This document shows positions 1-11,970 of a DNA stretch of 64,000 nt, one piece after another. Source of the stretch: Gekko japonicus (lineage: Eukaryota); the NCBI RefSeq assembly GCF_001447785.1, contig NW_015162104.1, positions 1 to 64,000 of the forward strand. Reading direction: 5' to 3'. The notes under the pieces are model-generated. The model saw only the letters and a program-made list of their open reading frames with translations, did no database searches and was not told the origin of the DNA. Position 1 is the first letter of the stretch; each line of letters starts with the position of its first letter. The position numbers and the translations under genes were made by a program.

Positions 1-2310
1 CGCCTTCACTATTAGATATATAGATGATGTGGAATGGCCAACATCATTTTGCTGGGTGCATTTGATGAGACTGTACAACTGTATGCTGATCTCCTGATCA
101 CTGTGTTCATGAGCGGAAGGCTCAAGTCAAGTAGCTCCTGATCAACCAAATAACTGTTTACCATGTTGCCCTTGGCTGAAACATCTTCAGAACTATCACT
201 GCCTTAGGCAGGGTACATTCATTTTTAAAGGGTGGGGAGCCTATTTTCTTCAAGGAAAAACATTTGAAGACATTCACACTGACTTACACACAAGCACGCC
301 CACTGTTTAAAGCAAACACTGACAATCCTAGTAATGCTTTGGCTGCAAACCAAGAAAAAAAGAATTCATTCTTCCTGGCAAATAATATTGTATGTGCTGG
401 ATGATAGTTTAAATCCTTCATTTGCAACCTGGACTTTTCTTAGGGCTATGACAGACTCTGTCGCCTTCTTCAGTAACATGGTGTTTTGATTTTGCTCATT
501 CCCTTAAAGCTTATAAGTGTAAGAAAAACATAACCATTTGTATTATTTATATCACACTTTTCCTCCTAAAGGGGACCCGAAGCAGTTTATTGCATTGTTC
601 TCCCTTTTTCACTTTATCCTCACGAGAACAACCCTGTGAGATAGATTAGACTGAAAAATTACGATTGGCCCAATGTCATCCAGAGAGCTCCTGTAATAAA
701 GCAGAGATTTGAATTTAGTTGTCCCATGTTGCAGTCCAAAGATCTAAAACACTACCAGATTAAATAATTCTTTGATCATATTCACAGCAGATACAGCCTT
801 GCTCCCTTAAAGCCTATTCATTGGGAAAGCAATTTGAATATAAAAACACCAGAGATTATCTTCCTGTAAGAGTCAAAGGATAGGGATTCATAAATCAATG
901 CTTTTGGTTGGGTCAGGGACTTTAAGGGCTAGGGTGCAACATATAGATTACAAGAATATGTCCACCTCTTTGAAGCTTAAAAATGTGGTTAGGTAAATTC
1001 CAAAACAGGTGTGGAAAATATCATAGTCCTTTACTACCTTCAGAGCATAGATTTAAATAGAACTATTCTCAAATGTGTTGTTTGTTTTGTTTGCTGGAAA
1101 CTGTGTTCCCTCTGAGATTTAGCAGCTATTAATTTAAAGAAGACTTTGAAACCATGTGAGTGCATCCTAAACACGGCTGAAAATCAAAGAATCTGCAAAA
1201 ATGTATCACACTTCTATCGTATGTGTGATTAAAATTCCAGAGGAAAGGGGCTTTAAGGTTTCTAAATTAAAATGCTTTATCATTTGGACATGAGGGACGA
1301 ACAGATTATATACCAGACAGTAGTGAGCATATGGACTCTACAAACCACCACCATTATGATTGTGAAAGCAAACTGCATCTAGCAAACAAATCCCTAGTTA
1401 TTTGTTTTATTCCAGAAAGCAAGGGAACTAGTTTGGACTCAGTGGCTGAATCCTCAAACCTAGGCTGCAGCGCTAACAAAACTTTTCTTGGAATTAGCCT
1501 AATTGATTTAAGTGGGACTTCTGAGCCAACCTGTTTTAAGATTGCTCCACTAGAAGGTTTGGTGCTCGGCAAAATACATGTTTACCAATGCAATTGTAAT
1601 CATTAGTATTTTTGAGTGAAAATAGTTAGGGAGTGGGAGGTGGACATTATTCTGTCCAGGAAGTTTTTGTTTGTTTGTTTCTTCAGGAAAAGGAACAAGG
1701 CTGTACTTTTTCTGCACAATATCTTGGGCCATCCAGGGGTATGATTCCTAAATTCTTTTGACAGCTGTGACACAAGAACCTTCTCAGAACACTTGGTGGG
1801 ATTAGCAGACAAACATTCTTGATTCCTTTAGCCCATTTCTTTATTCAAGAAGAGAGGAAACCAAACTGAAGCCTTATCTTAGATGAAGTGGCTGGACTAG
1901 CTCCTTAATCAAAACCTCTGGGTAAGATCAGATATGGAAGAACAATAGTTTGTCAGATGATTTATTAAGAAAGCAAGCTGATGCTCAGTGTTTAATAAAA
2001 GAGCTACTGGCACTAATCATGTAAGAAGAGCTGATCTAACAAAAAAAATTGTCTGTGGGCATTATTGTAAAAAAGAAAATAATTACTGGGGCAGCCTTGT
2101 TAAGTCTATTACAGCAAGAACAAACAAGTTCAGTGGCATCTTAAATAGTAAGTTTATTCCAGCATAAATTTTCATGAGGGACTTCACATTCTTCACACAC
2201 CCCTGTCTGGTGCTTATAATTTCAAGTATAATTCTAAATATAAATAACTGCTGTGGATGTACACTCCATGCCATGAATCTGATGAAGTGAATTCTGTCTC
2301 ACAAAAATCG

Positions 2311-2313
<3 letters not shown>

Positions 2314-2345
<32 letters not shown>
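2314..2345. repeat. (GA)n microsatellite
   Basis: Directly visible. Confidence 0.95.
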
Positions 2346-2347
<2 letters not shown>

Positions 2348-2559
2348 TTTTGTCTATAATTACGACCTTTGCCTCCATACCCATGTATGCACACGCACGG
2401 AGATTTTGTATACAAAGAGGTAAGATAGGTGTATGGGGAGCAATAACAATACTAGAAGAGTGAATATTTTTAGAATGTGCGAGGATCACATCCTCTCTCG
2501 ACCTTATAATATTTTTACAGCCAGGGAGCGGGATGGGATGAAGTGTGTCTGTGTGTGTG

Positions 2560-3200
2560 TGTCTGTGTGTGTGGTTTTGTTTGTTGCGCTGGGAGAAGTA
2601 TACGCGATCCTGCCGGAGCAAGCCTGTCTCCTTTAAGACCGCGTGTGACGTCAGCAAAGCGCTGTATCTCCAGTTTCCCGCTGTTGCCTCCGGCGAGGAA
2701 ATTCTCCGGCTGATTTAGGTTACCGGCTGGCGGGTTGGGCGCGTTTGTTGACCAAGGTGGATTACGGCACTTGTTCCTGGGCGGGCCGATACGACTGGGA
2801 GGTAGAGGCAGGTTGCTAAGGCGAAGGAAGGAAGGAAGGAAGGGAGGGCCAGCCTCAAGTGGCTGTAAGGCGGCGAGACCTGTTAGCGCGTCCGGATTGA
2901 GGTGCTTCTTCTGCCGTGTCGTCCTAGCCTGGCTCCGTCTCCCATGGCTCCTACGGGCGCCCTCCGGCACCTCAGCCTAGCACTGGGCGCAGCGGTGGCC
3001 GCCTTGGGATCACTCCTTTTCATAGCCTTGAAAATCTATTTTCGAGACGTCAACGACAGCAGCGTCGGCTGGAGAGGGCGCTGGGAGCAGCAGCTGGCTG
3101 TGGAGCTAGGGCGCAAAACCCCGAAAGGGGACGACGAGGTAAGATGAATGGGAGCGCCCTCTACCCCCAGACCTGCTCTGGAGAACTGCTTAACGTCCCT
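2560..3200. promoter_or_regulatory. CpG-rich ARL10 promoter with a CRE palindrome
   Basis: CpG-dense stretch around ARL10 exon 1; TGACGTCA at 2646-2653. Confidence 0.7.
2944..3138 (+). CDS. ARL10: ARL10 coding exon 1 (N-terminal hydrophobic anchor)
   Basis: ATG at 2944; MAPTGALRHLSLALGAAVAALGSLLFIALKIYF...KGDDE resembles the ARL10 N-terminus; donor GAG|gtaag; 195 nt, phase 0. Confidence 0.9.
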
Positions 3201-5040
3201 AAAACGTCCAGTTCTGCCTTCAAAGCTTGGTGCCTTGGTGCTGGATTTGTTAGGTGCCGCTGTCATTACCCCAAGGCATTCTGCACACGCCCAGAGGTCT
3301 GCTTCATTTTTTAAAGTCACATATTCCAGGGCTGAGCTCTAGCACTGGAAACAAGTAGGTAAACCAGTGCTGGGATAGAACAAGAATACACTGGGCCATT
3401 GGCCTCCGATCCAGACCCATCAGCGTTCCTACTCAAAATTTAGTATATGGTTTGTATTTTCTTTCATTGTGATATTCTGCAAAATGAGGGCAATGCACTA
3501 CTCCTTCCCCTGCACTCTGCACAGGTTGTGCCTGCCTCAAGAGGGAAGCTCCTGAAGCGGGGGGAGAGTGGAAGAATGGCAGGGTTACAAGCTTCATCCT
3601 GCACGTCCAGCTTTAGAGCCAGTCTATCTGATCATCCAAATCAAGCCTTTGGAGCAGTTCCACGTCCAGCTACATGGTCTGGCATACCTGAATACTTCTA
3701 CACGCCTATATACATGAAGACAGTGTAATGTAGTAGTTAAAATGTCAGACTAGGATCTGGGACACCAAGGTTTGCATCCCCACTCTGCCAAAGAAACTTG
3801 ATGGCTGACTTGAGGCACGCCACACACACTCTCTCTCTCGGCCTAACCTACCCATTGTGTGGAGGATGAGAATGAAGAATGATGTGAGCTAGCTTGAGTC
3901 CCCACTGGGGAGAACGGTGGGGTATAAATGATAGGCAACTGGTGCCTACAAAAAGGGAGGTGCTGCCCTGCAATACCAGTCTCAGCTCACCTTTTAGTGG
4001 CTCCATCCCTACACAGTCCTGCTGATTGGCTCTGCCTCAGCTCTGCTCATGGAAGTCATGTTAGCAAAATAGAAATTTTGTGTTCAGAGACAGTGCGTCG
4101 CTACATGCCAGATGCTATGGCTGTGCCACAGGAAAACACTGTTGGTCTCATGCCCTGCTCCTAAGCTTCTTGAGGGCTTTAAGCAGCACTAAGAGAACAC
4201 TGAGCAAGATGGAAACAAGTGATTTTGACCAAGGCCTCAAAATAAGCAAAGGGCAAAGTCTCAAAACCTGACTTCTTTCATTTACCTCACAAACACTCAT
4301 TCCCTAGTGGATGCTACCACTTGTACATGTAGCCCTGTCTGCTTTCTAAAGGGAAACATCGCTTTTTCTCTCCCCTCAGAGCTTTTCTTCAACAAAGCCC
4401 AGTCCTTTGTCCCCCTGCCTCCAGCTTAACAGGAAAAAAAGGGAGCAAAATGGGCAATTGCTGTGATATGCTAGCTAGCTAGCTGAGGAGAAAGTTAGGT
4501 CTTTTCTCCCTTAACCCTATTTCCTGATTTGCTAGTTTATTTATAAATATTCCTCTTGAGCCCCACCTGCAGTCTGAAGTGGTACCATCCAGGAACTGTT
4601 ACTAATTAATTCTGCTGACTTGATAAATGTGTCCTTGGATTAAAAAAGGAACTATGTTGAGCCTTCATTCAGGTCTGACCTATATCCTGTGTTGGCAGCT
4701 TTGTCTTCATGTAGTTGTGTAAAGAGGCTGACTAGGCTTTTAAATTTCCCCACAACTGGGTATATGGCTACAGCACCTCTCATTGTAGCTGGTTGCTTAT
4801 GACAACAGCGTTCCTGAGAGGAATTTTAGAGCTCAGCATAAGCAGCAGAATGAGCTCACACTGGTTAATAAAACAGCTTGAGCTTCAAGTTGGCTGCAGT
4901 CCTATTCTATTGGTTCCTTAACCTAATAGCATTTATTATAATTACTATCAGACAATTGCAGTTACCTTTCCAACTAATTTCAATTCTGAGTCATCCTTTC
5001 CTCATTTCTACAATCCTGCCTGTCTGTTAGGACTGACCAA

Positions 5041-5042
5041 TA

Positions 5043-5078
<36 letters not shown>

Positions 5079-5096
5079 TGTATGTATGTATGTATA
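5041..5096. repeat. (TA)n/(TATG)n microsatellite
   Basis: Directly visible. Confidence 0.95.
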
Positions 5097-5407
5097 AAAA
5101 GGCAAGCAGAAGATTTGAAGTTCCTCCAAACTCACAAAAGCAAAGCAGAGGAAATAGAACTAAATATGCTTAAGGTGCTATGGAGAAGCCCCAAGTCTGT
5201 TTGCTATCTTGAGATGCTAGGTTGTTAACTTCCTTAAAATGGAGACCAGGAAGACATGTTGCAATTTTAACTGGATTATATGGTAAGGGATACAACTTGG
5301 GTTTCAAATTGCACCACAGACTGCTGGGGTTAAAAGGCAAAAATTGAGTACTTTGAAAATATAAATTCCAGCAGTTCATCTCAGTGTTCAGTTTCCCCAC
5401 ACATTAC

Positions 5408-5608
5408 CCTGCTGGTTCAGACTAGTCCAGCATCCTGTTCCTCTGGAGGGCTAACAACAGGGCATAAAGGCCAAGACCTTCCCCTGATGTTGCCTTCTGG
5501 CTCTGGGATTCAGAGGTTTAGTGCCTTTGAACGTGGAGGTTCACTATGTCTAGTAGCCACTGATAGACCTGTCCTCCATGAATCTGTCGAATCCCCTTTT
5601 AAAGCTGT
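5408..5608 (-). mobile_element. Decayed CR1-like 3' fragment
   Basis: Similar to about 22835-22950; motif GCCACTGATAGACCTGTCCTCCATGAATCTGTC..CCCCTTTTAAAGC. Confidence 0.5.
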
Positions 5609-6274
5609 ACATCCCTCAGTGGATGCATGCAGGCGTGCTGACCAAAGGAAGAAGCGGTGACATGGCTACTCACAGCAATTGTCTGTTCAGGGTGGTGATG
5701 CATGTGGCATTCCAATTTGTTTTTGGAGCAACTCTGCAAGGTAAGTTAGACAGAAAGACAATGATTTAGCCAAGGCCACTGGGACAAAGGTCCCATCTGC
5801 CAAACTGACAGTCCAACCTTGAATTTATGGAATACAATGCTTTTGCACTGAATCCTCCATGTTCAAAACCAAGGGAGTTTCCCTTTAAGAGTTCCAGCAT
5901 CCTGATTTTTCCAGTGATGAACTAGAGTTACAGTGGGAGCTCATGACTGCTCTTGAATAATAGATTTTGAAAACTTGAAGAACTGTAATGGAAAAGCCTT
6001 TCAGCTGCTCCTCTAGGTGAACCGGTCAGGCAGTAATGATGATGGGAGCCTTGAAGATGAACCTTTCAAGGTGCCTCTTGATTTCCTTGGGCATGTTTCT
6101 TGGGGAAAGGGAGGGCTTATAGTATATTGCAATGTTTCCTGTGTCAGCTTGCTTTTACTGCACCATCTTTTACCTTTGTAATTCACTTTCTTTACCATGT
6201 GCAGTGCTTTAGACAGTTCTCTGTTTGCATTATTTTCTAATTCTGTAATCCTAGACTTAGTGCATTGTTTGATG

Positions 6275-6894
6275 CAGGGGTCCCCAACATGGTGCCTGTG
6301 GGTGACACGGTGCCCAGAGACACCTATCCTGACACCCACCAAGTACTTCTAGAAAGGGGGTGGCTCCCTTGTAAGCCGCCCTGAGCCCACTTGTGGGGAG
6401 GGCGGGGGCATGGATATAATAAATAAATAAGTCAGGCTTTTGTCCAGCAAGGCTTCTGATTGGCTGTTCACATTTTTAATAGTTGCTTTGGCAGCAGCTG
6501 TCACCGCAGCACAAGAATCTTTGCTGTGTGACCAGTGTTCCCTCTAAGCTGAGTTAGTGTGAGCCGGCTCACAGTTTTTTAGCCTCTGGCTCACACATTT
6601 TTTGTCTTAGCTCAGAAGGGGATGGCTCCAGAGCAAACTAATCTATGCAGTAGACAAATCGCTCACTCACAACTTTAATGCCCAGTAGCACACAAAGTAG
6701 AATTTTTGCTCACAAGACTCCACAGCTTAGAGGGAGCATTGTGTGTGACTGAAGGTAAGCTGTGGCACCTGTTTTATGCCTGGCTCTGTTTCTTGTGGCA
6801 GCCCCTTCATGACAGCCATTTTGTCACTGCACCCACCACACTGTGACAGAACTCCACAGAGTCCCACAGACTCAAGAAGGTTGGGGAATCCCTG
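6275..6894. mobile_element. Non-autonomous hAT-type element (outer)
   Basis: TIRs CAGGGGTCCCCAAC / GTTGGGGAATCCCTG; imperfect 8-bp TSD gtttgatg / ctttaatg. Confidence 0.7.
6533..6741. mobile_element. hAT MITE (inner)
   Basis: TIRs CAGTGTTCCCTCTAAGCTG / CAGCTTAGAGGGAGCATTG; perfect 8-bp TSD TGTGTGAC. Confidence 0.88.
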
Positions 6895-7282
6895 CTTTAA
6901 TGGATATAGTATACTGTCTGAGTGAATCGTTTATTATCTTTTTAAATGTTTTGTAATCCACCTTGAGTCTCAGTGAGAAAGGCAGGGTATAAGTGAAGTA
7001 TATAAATAGAGGTTTCCTAGTGCTGGAGTTATGTAGAATCTTTTACGGGGTGTAAAAGAAAAAAAAAAGCATTTGCCTCACAGTGATGCTTCTTACCAGT
7101 CATCAGGTAAGAAAAATGCAGTACTCATAATTCACTCCCAACAATAAATTATAGTGAAACCTGGAGGTCAGATATCATCATCTTGGCTAATAATGACGAC
7201 TGCTGAGCTGCTGTGACGGACAGGCCCTTCCACAACCACATCGTTGCTCAAAACTAACTCTAATCTCTTCCTCTCTTTGCAG

Positions 7283-7451
7283 GCACACATATGTGAATAT
7301 CAGGTTTTGGTTCTAGGCTTGGATGGTGCTGGAAAGAGCAGCATTCTCCACTATGTCTCCAGTACAGAAGCCAAAAGGTGCATATCTCCCACTGAGGGCT
7401 TCAATTCTGTGCAACTTCAGGATAGTGGCCTGCAGGTGGACCTTCTGGAAG
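7283..7451 (+). CDS. ARL10: ARL10 coding exon 2 (G1/G2 motifs)
   Basis: Acceptor ctctttgcag|; encodes VLVLGLDGAGKS and PTEGFNS...VDLLE; donor G|gtaag; 169 nt. Confidence 0.95.
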
Positions 7452-7908
7452 GTAAGACCTGCCATAAACTCTTGGGGGATATCACATAATCCAGAATTAT
7501 TAAATTCGGGAGTTACATACACCTTCTCTGTTTTTTTGTCTGGCTTGTGCAGCTGTGTAGCTGGAAACTCTTCAGATGCCACAAAGACATTGATTTTAAG
7601 ACTCACACTTAAACAGATTTATAATGGCACAAGTCTTCATGCCATAATAGGAGCCACAGGTTTGGTTTTGTTCTGCTGTACAAACTATAACAGCTACCTC
7701 ACTAGAATTTGTGACCATTTAAAAGAATTATTCCCATACTTAACTGCTCCCCTCCTCAAAACATGCTCCCATAACACATCATATTACTAAATATAGTTGT
7801 TGGGGCTGCATCCATAGCAACAGCTATGAACTGGGTTTACTGTCTATTCCCCCCTCCTGAAAGGAATACCTGTGTGAGTTCTGACTTCAAGTTTTGTTTG
7901 TTCCCCAG

Positions 7909-8084
7909 TTGGTGGCAGCCAGAATCTACGTTCCTACTGGAATCACTTCCTGAGCAAAGCCCACATTTTGGTGTTTGTTGTAGATGCTGCAGATAGTCCA
8001 CGCCTTCCTGCTGCCCGGCAGGAGCTGCACTGTCTGCTAGCTGAGGATTCTCAGTTGCCTTTAATTGTGCTGGCCAACAAACAG
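7909..8084 (+). CDS. ARL10: ARL10 coding exon 3
   Basis: Acceptor ttccccag|; [11 protein letters not shown]...LVFVVDAAD...RQELH...LANKQ; donor |gtacgt; phase matches exon 2. Confidence 0.95.
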
Positions 8085-8449
8085 GTACGTTTCTTTGCAG
8101 CTCTCACCTGTGAGCATCCTAGAGATCTGGCTCATCTAGGCTGGACACCTTAGTCTCCTGCATGGAGACTGACTGTACTAATGCGGCATCCAGGGCTTAG
8201 CCCTTATGGGTCACTTGACTGGTGTTAGCTCCTGGTATAATTATTTCCCATACTTAGTTTCCATGCTAATCCTTGTCAGATAAGGAATGAGAAATTATAA
8301 TTCACTTAAAGGGGAAAAGCCTTGTTGGTCATTATTCTGTTTGTTGGCTACTGTGTGAAACAGAATGCCGGACCAGGTGGCTCACTGGACCTTCAGTTGG
8401 CTCTTCTTATGCCGTTATTATTCAAACAACAATTCTGTACCCATTCTAG

Positions 8450-8626
8450 GACAAGGAGGATGCGCTGAGTGTAGCAGAATTACAGAAGGAGTTGGCCTTG
8501 CACACCTTGAATAACCAGAGGGAATTCTTTCTCCTGCCTACAAGTGCTACTTATGCAGGCCTGGGCACAGCAAACAGTGTTCTCCACCTGAAGAATCTGC
8601 TGATCAAACTTCTTGCACAGATCTGA
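8450..8626 (+). CDS. ARL10: ARL10 coding exon 4 (stop)
   Basis: Acceptor ccattctag|; DKEDALSVAELQKEL...NQREFFLL...LLAQI*; completes NKQD (G4); total CDS 717 nt. Confidence 0.92.
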   Translation, partial: DKEDALSVAELQKELALHTLNNQREFFLLPTSATYAGLGTANSVLHLKNLLIKLLAQI

Positions 8627-10244
8627 AAATTCTTGGACCTCGCCAAGATATTCAAGCCAGGTGGACATCCAGGACTTTACTTCTCGCAGCAGCTACCCGA
8701 GATATTTTATCTGTACAGCTGAGGAGCAGACAGGCTGAGTCCTCCACAGACTCCTCTTTAGGCATTTCCTAATTTTCCCCCCCTGATAAGTGAGCCCCCA
8801 CTGCCATTCTGTCTTTGGAAACAGGGTAGAAAATATAAACAGAAACAAAGGGCCCTGTTCATGCTGACAACACCAGTCTTCAAGACAGTGGGTAGCAGTG
8901 GCCCATGATGGATGCATTCCTAAAAAAATTCAAATATCAATACTTATAGTCCCACTTTATCTTTCGGTCCTTACTACCACCAGATTTGTAGGAAGAAACA
9001 GAAAAGATAAAAAGTGGTGAACGTGCCTTGTCATAGAAACTGCTTCCCTTTCTTTGCCTATGAAATGGCTGGAATACACAAACCTTTGTGTCCTCCTTGG
9101 AAGGTGGGGGTTGATCTTGCCCCAGCAGGGCTACTCAAACTAGCTGGGGAAAGGGTCCGAGGATGGCAGTTTCATTGGCATCTTAGGAGAACATGTACAA
9201 TGGCCTGTGCTGGTAAACTAACTCACAGAAACACCAGTATCCTCTTCAAGGCCTTCATTGCATTCATGTGTGGCTCTCGAATCTCCTAAAGATGTGGTAT
9301 CTTAGCTGCTCCCTCACTGGGACACAAGGTGTCCTTAATTGACTGGTATTCCCTGCCAGGCTAAGCTTCTTAGGGTAACTGGGTCTGTGACCAAACTGGT
9401 CTTGGTGAGGCCTTTTTATATCCAGTGTTATTCCTGATACCAGCTTCAAGTTGGTTCCCCAATAGAGTTACCATCTACACCTCAGTGCAAGTTTGCTTGC
9501 CTGCTCGTTGTTTTTGAAGTCTGAATCAACTGCAGCAGAGCTTGCATTTGCCAGGGTGAATTTGCTTGAAGGGCTGGTTGCTCAAGAAGTAATAGGAAAA
9601 TATTGAATTAGCTAGTATGGAATGCAGGTGGAGTGCACTGATACAGCCTCTTTTCCTTATTTGGTGCTATGTCTGATCTCAGTTACCCAACTCAGGAATA
9701 AAATTGTTCCTATAGCATCCATGTATGCTTTGACCTGGAAACAGAGAAGCACTGCACAGTCTGACTGCACTACCAGGCAACTACCCCATTCAGGTTGGAG
9801 GCATGAACCTGCATGGTTTCCTAAACCTCTGCTAGAGACGAAGCTGGTGCTGGTTCAATGGCCCATTTTGTCCCCGGATAAAAATAGTTCTATATGTTCA
9901 GCCAGCCGTCTATACATGGTTTTCCCTGTTTACATGAAACTAACTCAGCTGTTACTTTTAAGCAGTACTTTTGCTGCCTTCCTAGTTTTTCTCTTGTCCC
10001 CTTCAGCCAGGACAGGAGAATCACAGTACTCTGAACCTCCCGGCCCAGTCCCCACTGTTTCTTGATCCCAGAATATAGGAAGCTTTTTTTGTGCTGATGG
10101 ATCACAGCCCTACAAAACCCTAGGTTCCTCTATACTAGGTGAAAAGAGCAAATGCAGACCAATTGTTTACATTACGTTTTTCCTCCTTCTACACCAATAA
10201 ACCTTGAAATATTACCTCTTACAAAATGTGGTTCTGTGTTTCAG

Positions 10245-10833
10245 ACTGGTGGTTCACACTGGCGGAAGGAAGCACACAAAAGTCGCATCATATAGTATTG
10301 CTACTAGGGAAGGGCAGAACTCATGGGATTTTGTTATGGTTACCATCATCACAGTACCTCCAGAGGACTCTACACAGGACTCTCTCGAGAGAAAAAATGA
10401 CCCATGGGCTTAGGGCTGGGCAGCAATTGTGCTTTCTGTATGTTTTAGAGGGAGGTACAGAATCTTTATCAAAGGCACACTTCCCTTAGAGAGAAAAAAT
10501 GACCCATGGGCTTAGGGGCTGGACAGCAATTGTGCTTCCTGTATGTTTTAGAGGGAGGTGCAGAATCTTTATCAAAGGCACACTTCCCTTACTGGTGGTT
10601 CACATTGATGGAAGGAAGCACACAAAAGTAGCATCATATAGTATTGCTACTAGGGAAGGGCAGAACTCATGGGATTTTGTTATGGTTACCATCATCACAG
10701 TACCTCCAGAGGACTCTACACAGGACTCTCTAGAGAGAAAAAATGACCCATGGGCTTAGGGGCTGGACAGCAATTGTGCTTCCTGTATGTTTTAGAGGGA
10801 GGTGCAGAATCTTTATCAAAGGCACACTTCCCT
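10245..10833. repeat. Complex tandem duplication A-B-B-A-B
   Basis: A (about 142 nt) at 10245 and 10591; B (about 102 nt) at 10387, 10488 and 10732. Confidence 0.95.
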
Positions 10834-10888
10834 TTGTACCTATGTACAGGCAACATGCAGCCATGAAGATATCCAGAGAAGGCACCAC

Positions 10889-11128
10889 AATTCCTTTGGA
10901 AATAGAAAAATCCCTAACAGAGAAGTATGGCACTTTTCCCATAAAACTCTGAATGGCTCGACCTGAGGAGGTAACTCACCTCCCCGACACCTACCAGGTG
11001 GGTAAATTCCTTTGGAAATAGAAAAATCCCAGAATACTTTAACAGAGAAGTATGGCACTTTTCCTATAAAGCCCTGAATGGCTCGACCTGAGGAGGTGAC
11101 TCACCTCCCCGACACCTACCAGGTGGGT
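10889..11128. repeat. Tandem duplication, units of about 116 and 124 nt
   Basis: AATTCCTTTGGAAATAG...CCAGGTGGGT at 10889 and 11005. Confidence 0.95.
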
Positions 11129-11434
11129 TGCCGTTCAGTCCTGTAGGGAGTACTACTGAGAACAGGAGCTCTTCCTCAATCCATCTGTCCGGCCCCCTCA
11201 GATTGCCCTTCTAGATATGCATACCAGAGCTGCTCCTGGCCTGTCTACTTAGTTCTTTGTGAACATCAAAGAACACTGCCCTGCAACTCTCAGGTTGCAC
11301 TGCCTGTGCAAAGTCATCCTTATCATCAGATTTGAATTCTTTGGAAATACACACAAGCAAGCCCCACTGCTTGCTCCATAAAAAAAGGAAATGTAGCTGC
11401 ATTTGGTACTACTGACTCTCAGCTTTAGAAGTAG

Positions 11435-11440
11435 TTTATT
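11435..11440 (-). terminator. Candidate NOP16 polyadenylation signal
   Basis: AATAAA on the minus strand about 390 nt after the stop codon. Confidence 0.6.
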
Positions 11441-11449
11441 TTATCCAAT

Positions 11450-11791
11450 GTAAATGCTGCTCCTTTCCCCCGGAACAGTAGAAACTGTAAAATCAATGCT
11501 CCCTTCACTGCACCAGTCCAGACCAAGAGTCCCATCTGTGCAGATATTGTCCTGTGTTCTCTCACCAAATGGTAGGATTACATTTAACATACATAAGCTG
11601 CACTTTCTGAACACTAGAATAAAAGTAAATGCTGTTCCTTTTCCCCAGAACAGTAGTAACTGTAAAATCAATGCTCCCTTCGCAGCACCAGTCCGGACCA
11701 AGAGTCCCATCTGTGCAGACATTGTCCTGTGTTCTCTCACCAAATTGTAAGATTACATTTAACATAAGCTGCACTTTCTGAACACTAGAAT
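11450..11791. repeat. Tandem duplication with about 175-nt period in the NOP16 3' UTR
   Basis: GTAAATGCTG...AACACTAGAAT at 11450 and 11625. Confidence 0.95.
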
Positions 11792-11826
11792 GAATTGCAG
11801 GTGCTTCTTCCCACTGCTGTGGTAAG

Positions 11827-11970
11827 TCATTTGTGGTCCATCTTTTCCTGCTGCAGAGAGGCACAAAAAGCTTGGTACTCCTCAGGGTAGAAGCGTTTAT
11901 ATACACTGATCTTCCCCTTTATTTGCTTTGGTGTGTCCTGGTAGTAGTTCTTCTCATCACGAGCCATAGC
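11827..11970 (-). CDS. NOP16: NOP16 coding exon 5 (stop)
   Basis: AMARDEKNYYQDTPKQIKGKISVYKRFYPEEY...MDHK*; total CDS 543 nt. Confidence 0.95.
   Translation of the reverse strand, partial: AMARDEKNYYQDTPKQIKGKISVYKRFYPEEYQAFCASLQQEKMDHK

Noticed and set aside
2214-3342. Overlapping GC-rich ORFs around ARL10 exon 1
   Set aside because: Stop-poor CpG-island and microsatellite sequence with no recognisable domains.
7452-7908. Orthologue of the mammalian intronic miR-1271 in ARL10
   Set aside because: I could not see the mature sequence or a convincing hairpin in this intron.
10245-11128. CRISPR-like repeat array
   Set aside because: Vertebrate DNA; units exceed 100 nt, there are no unique spacers and no cas genes.
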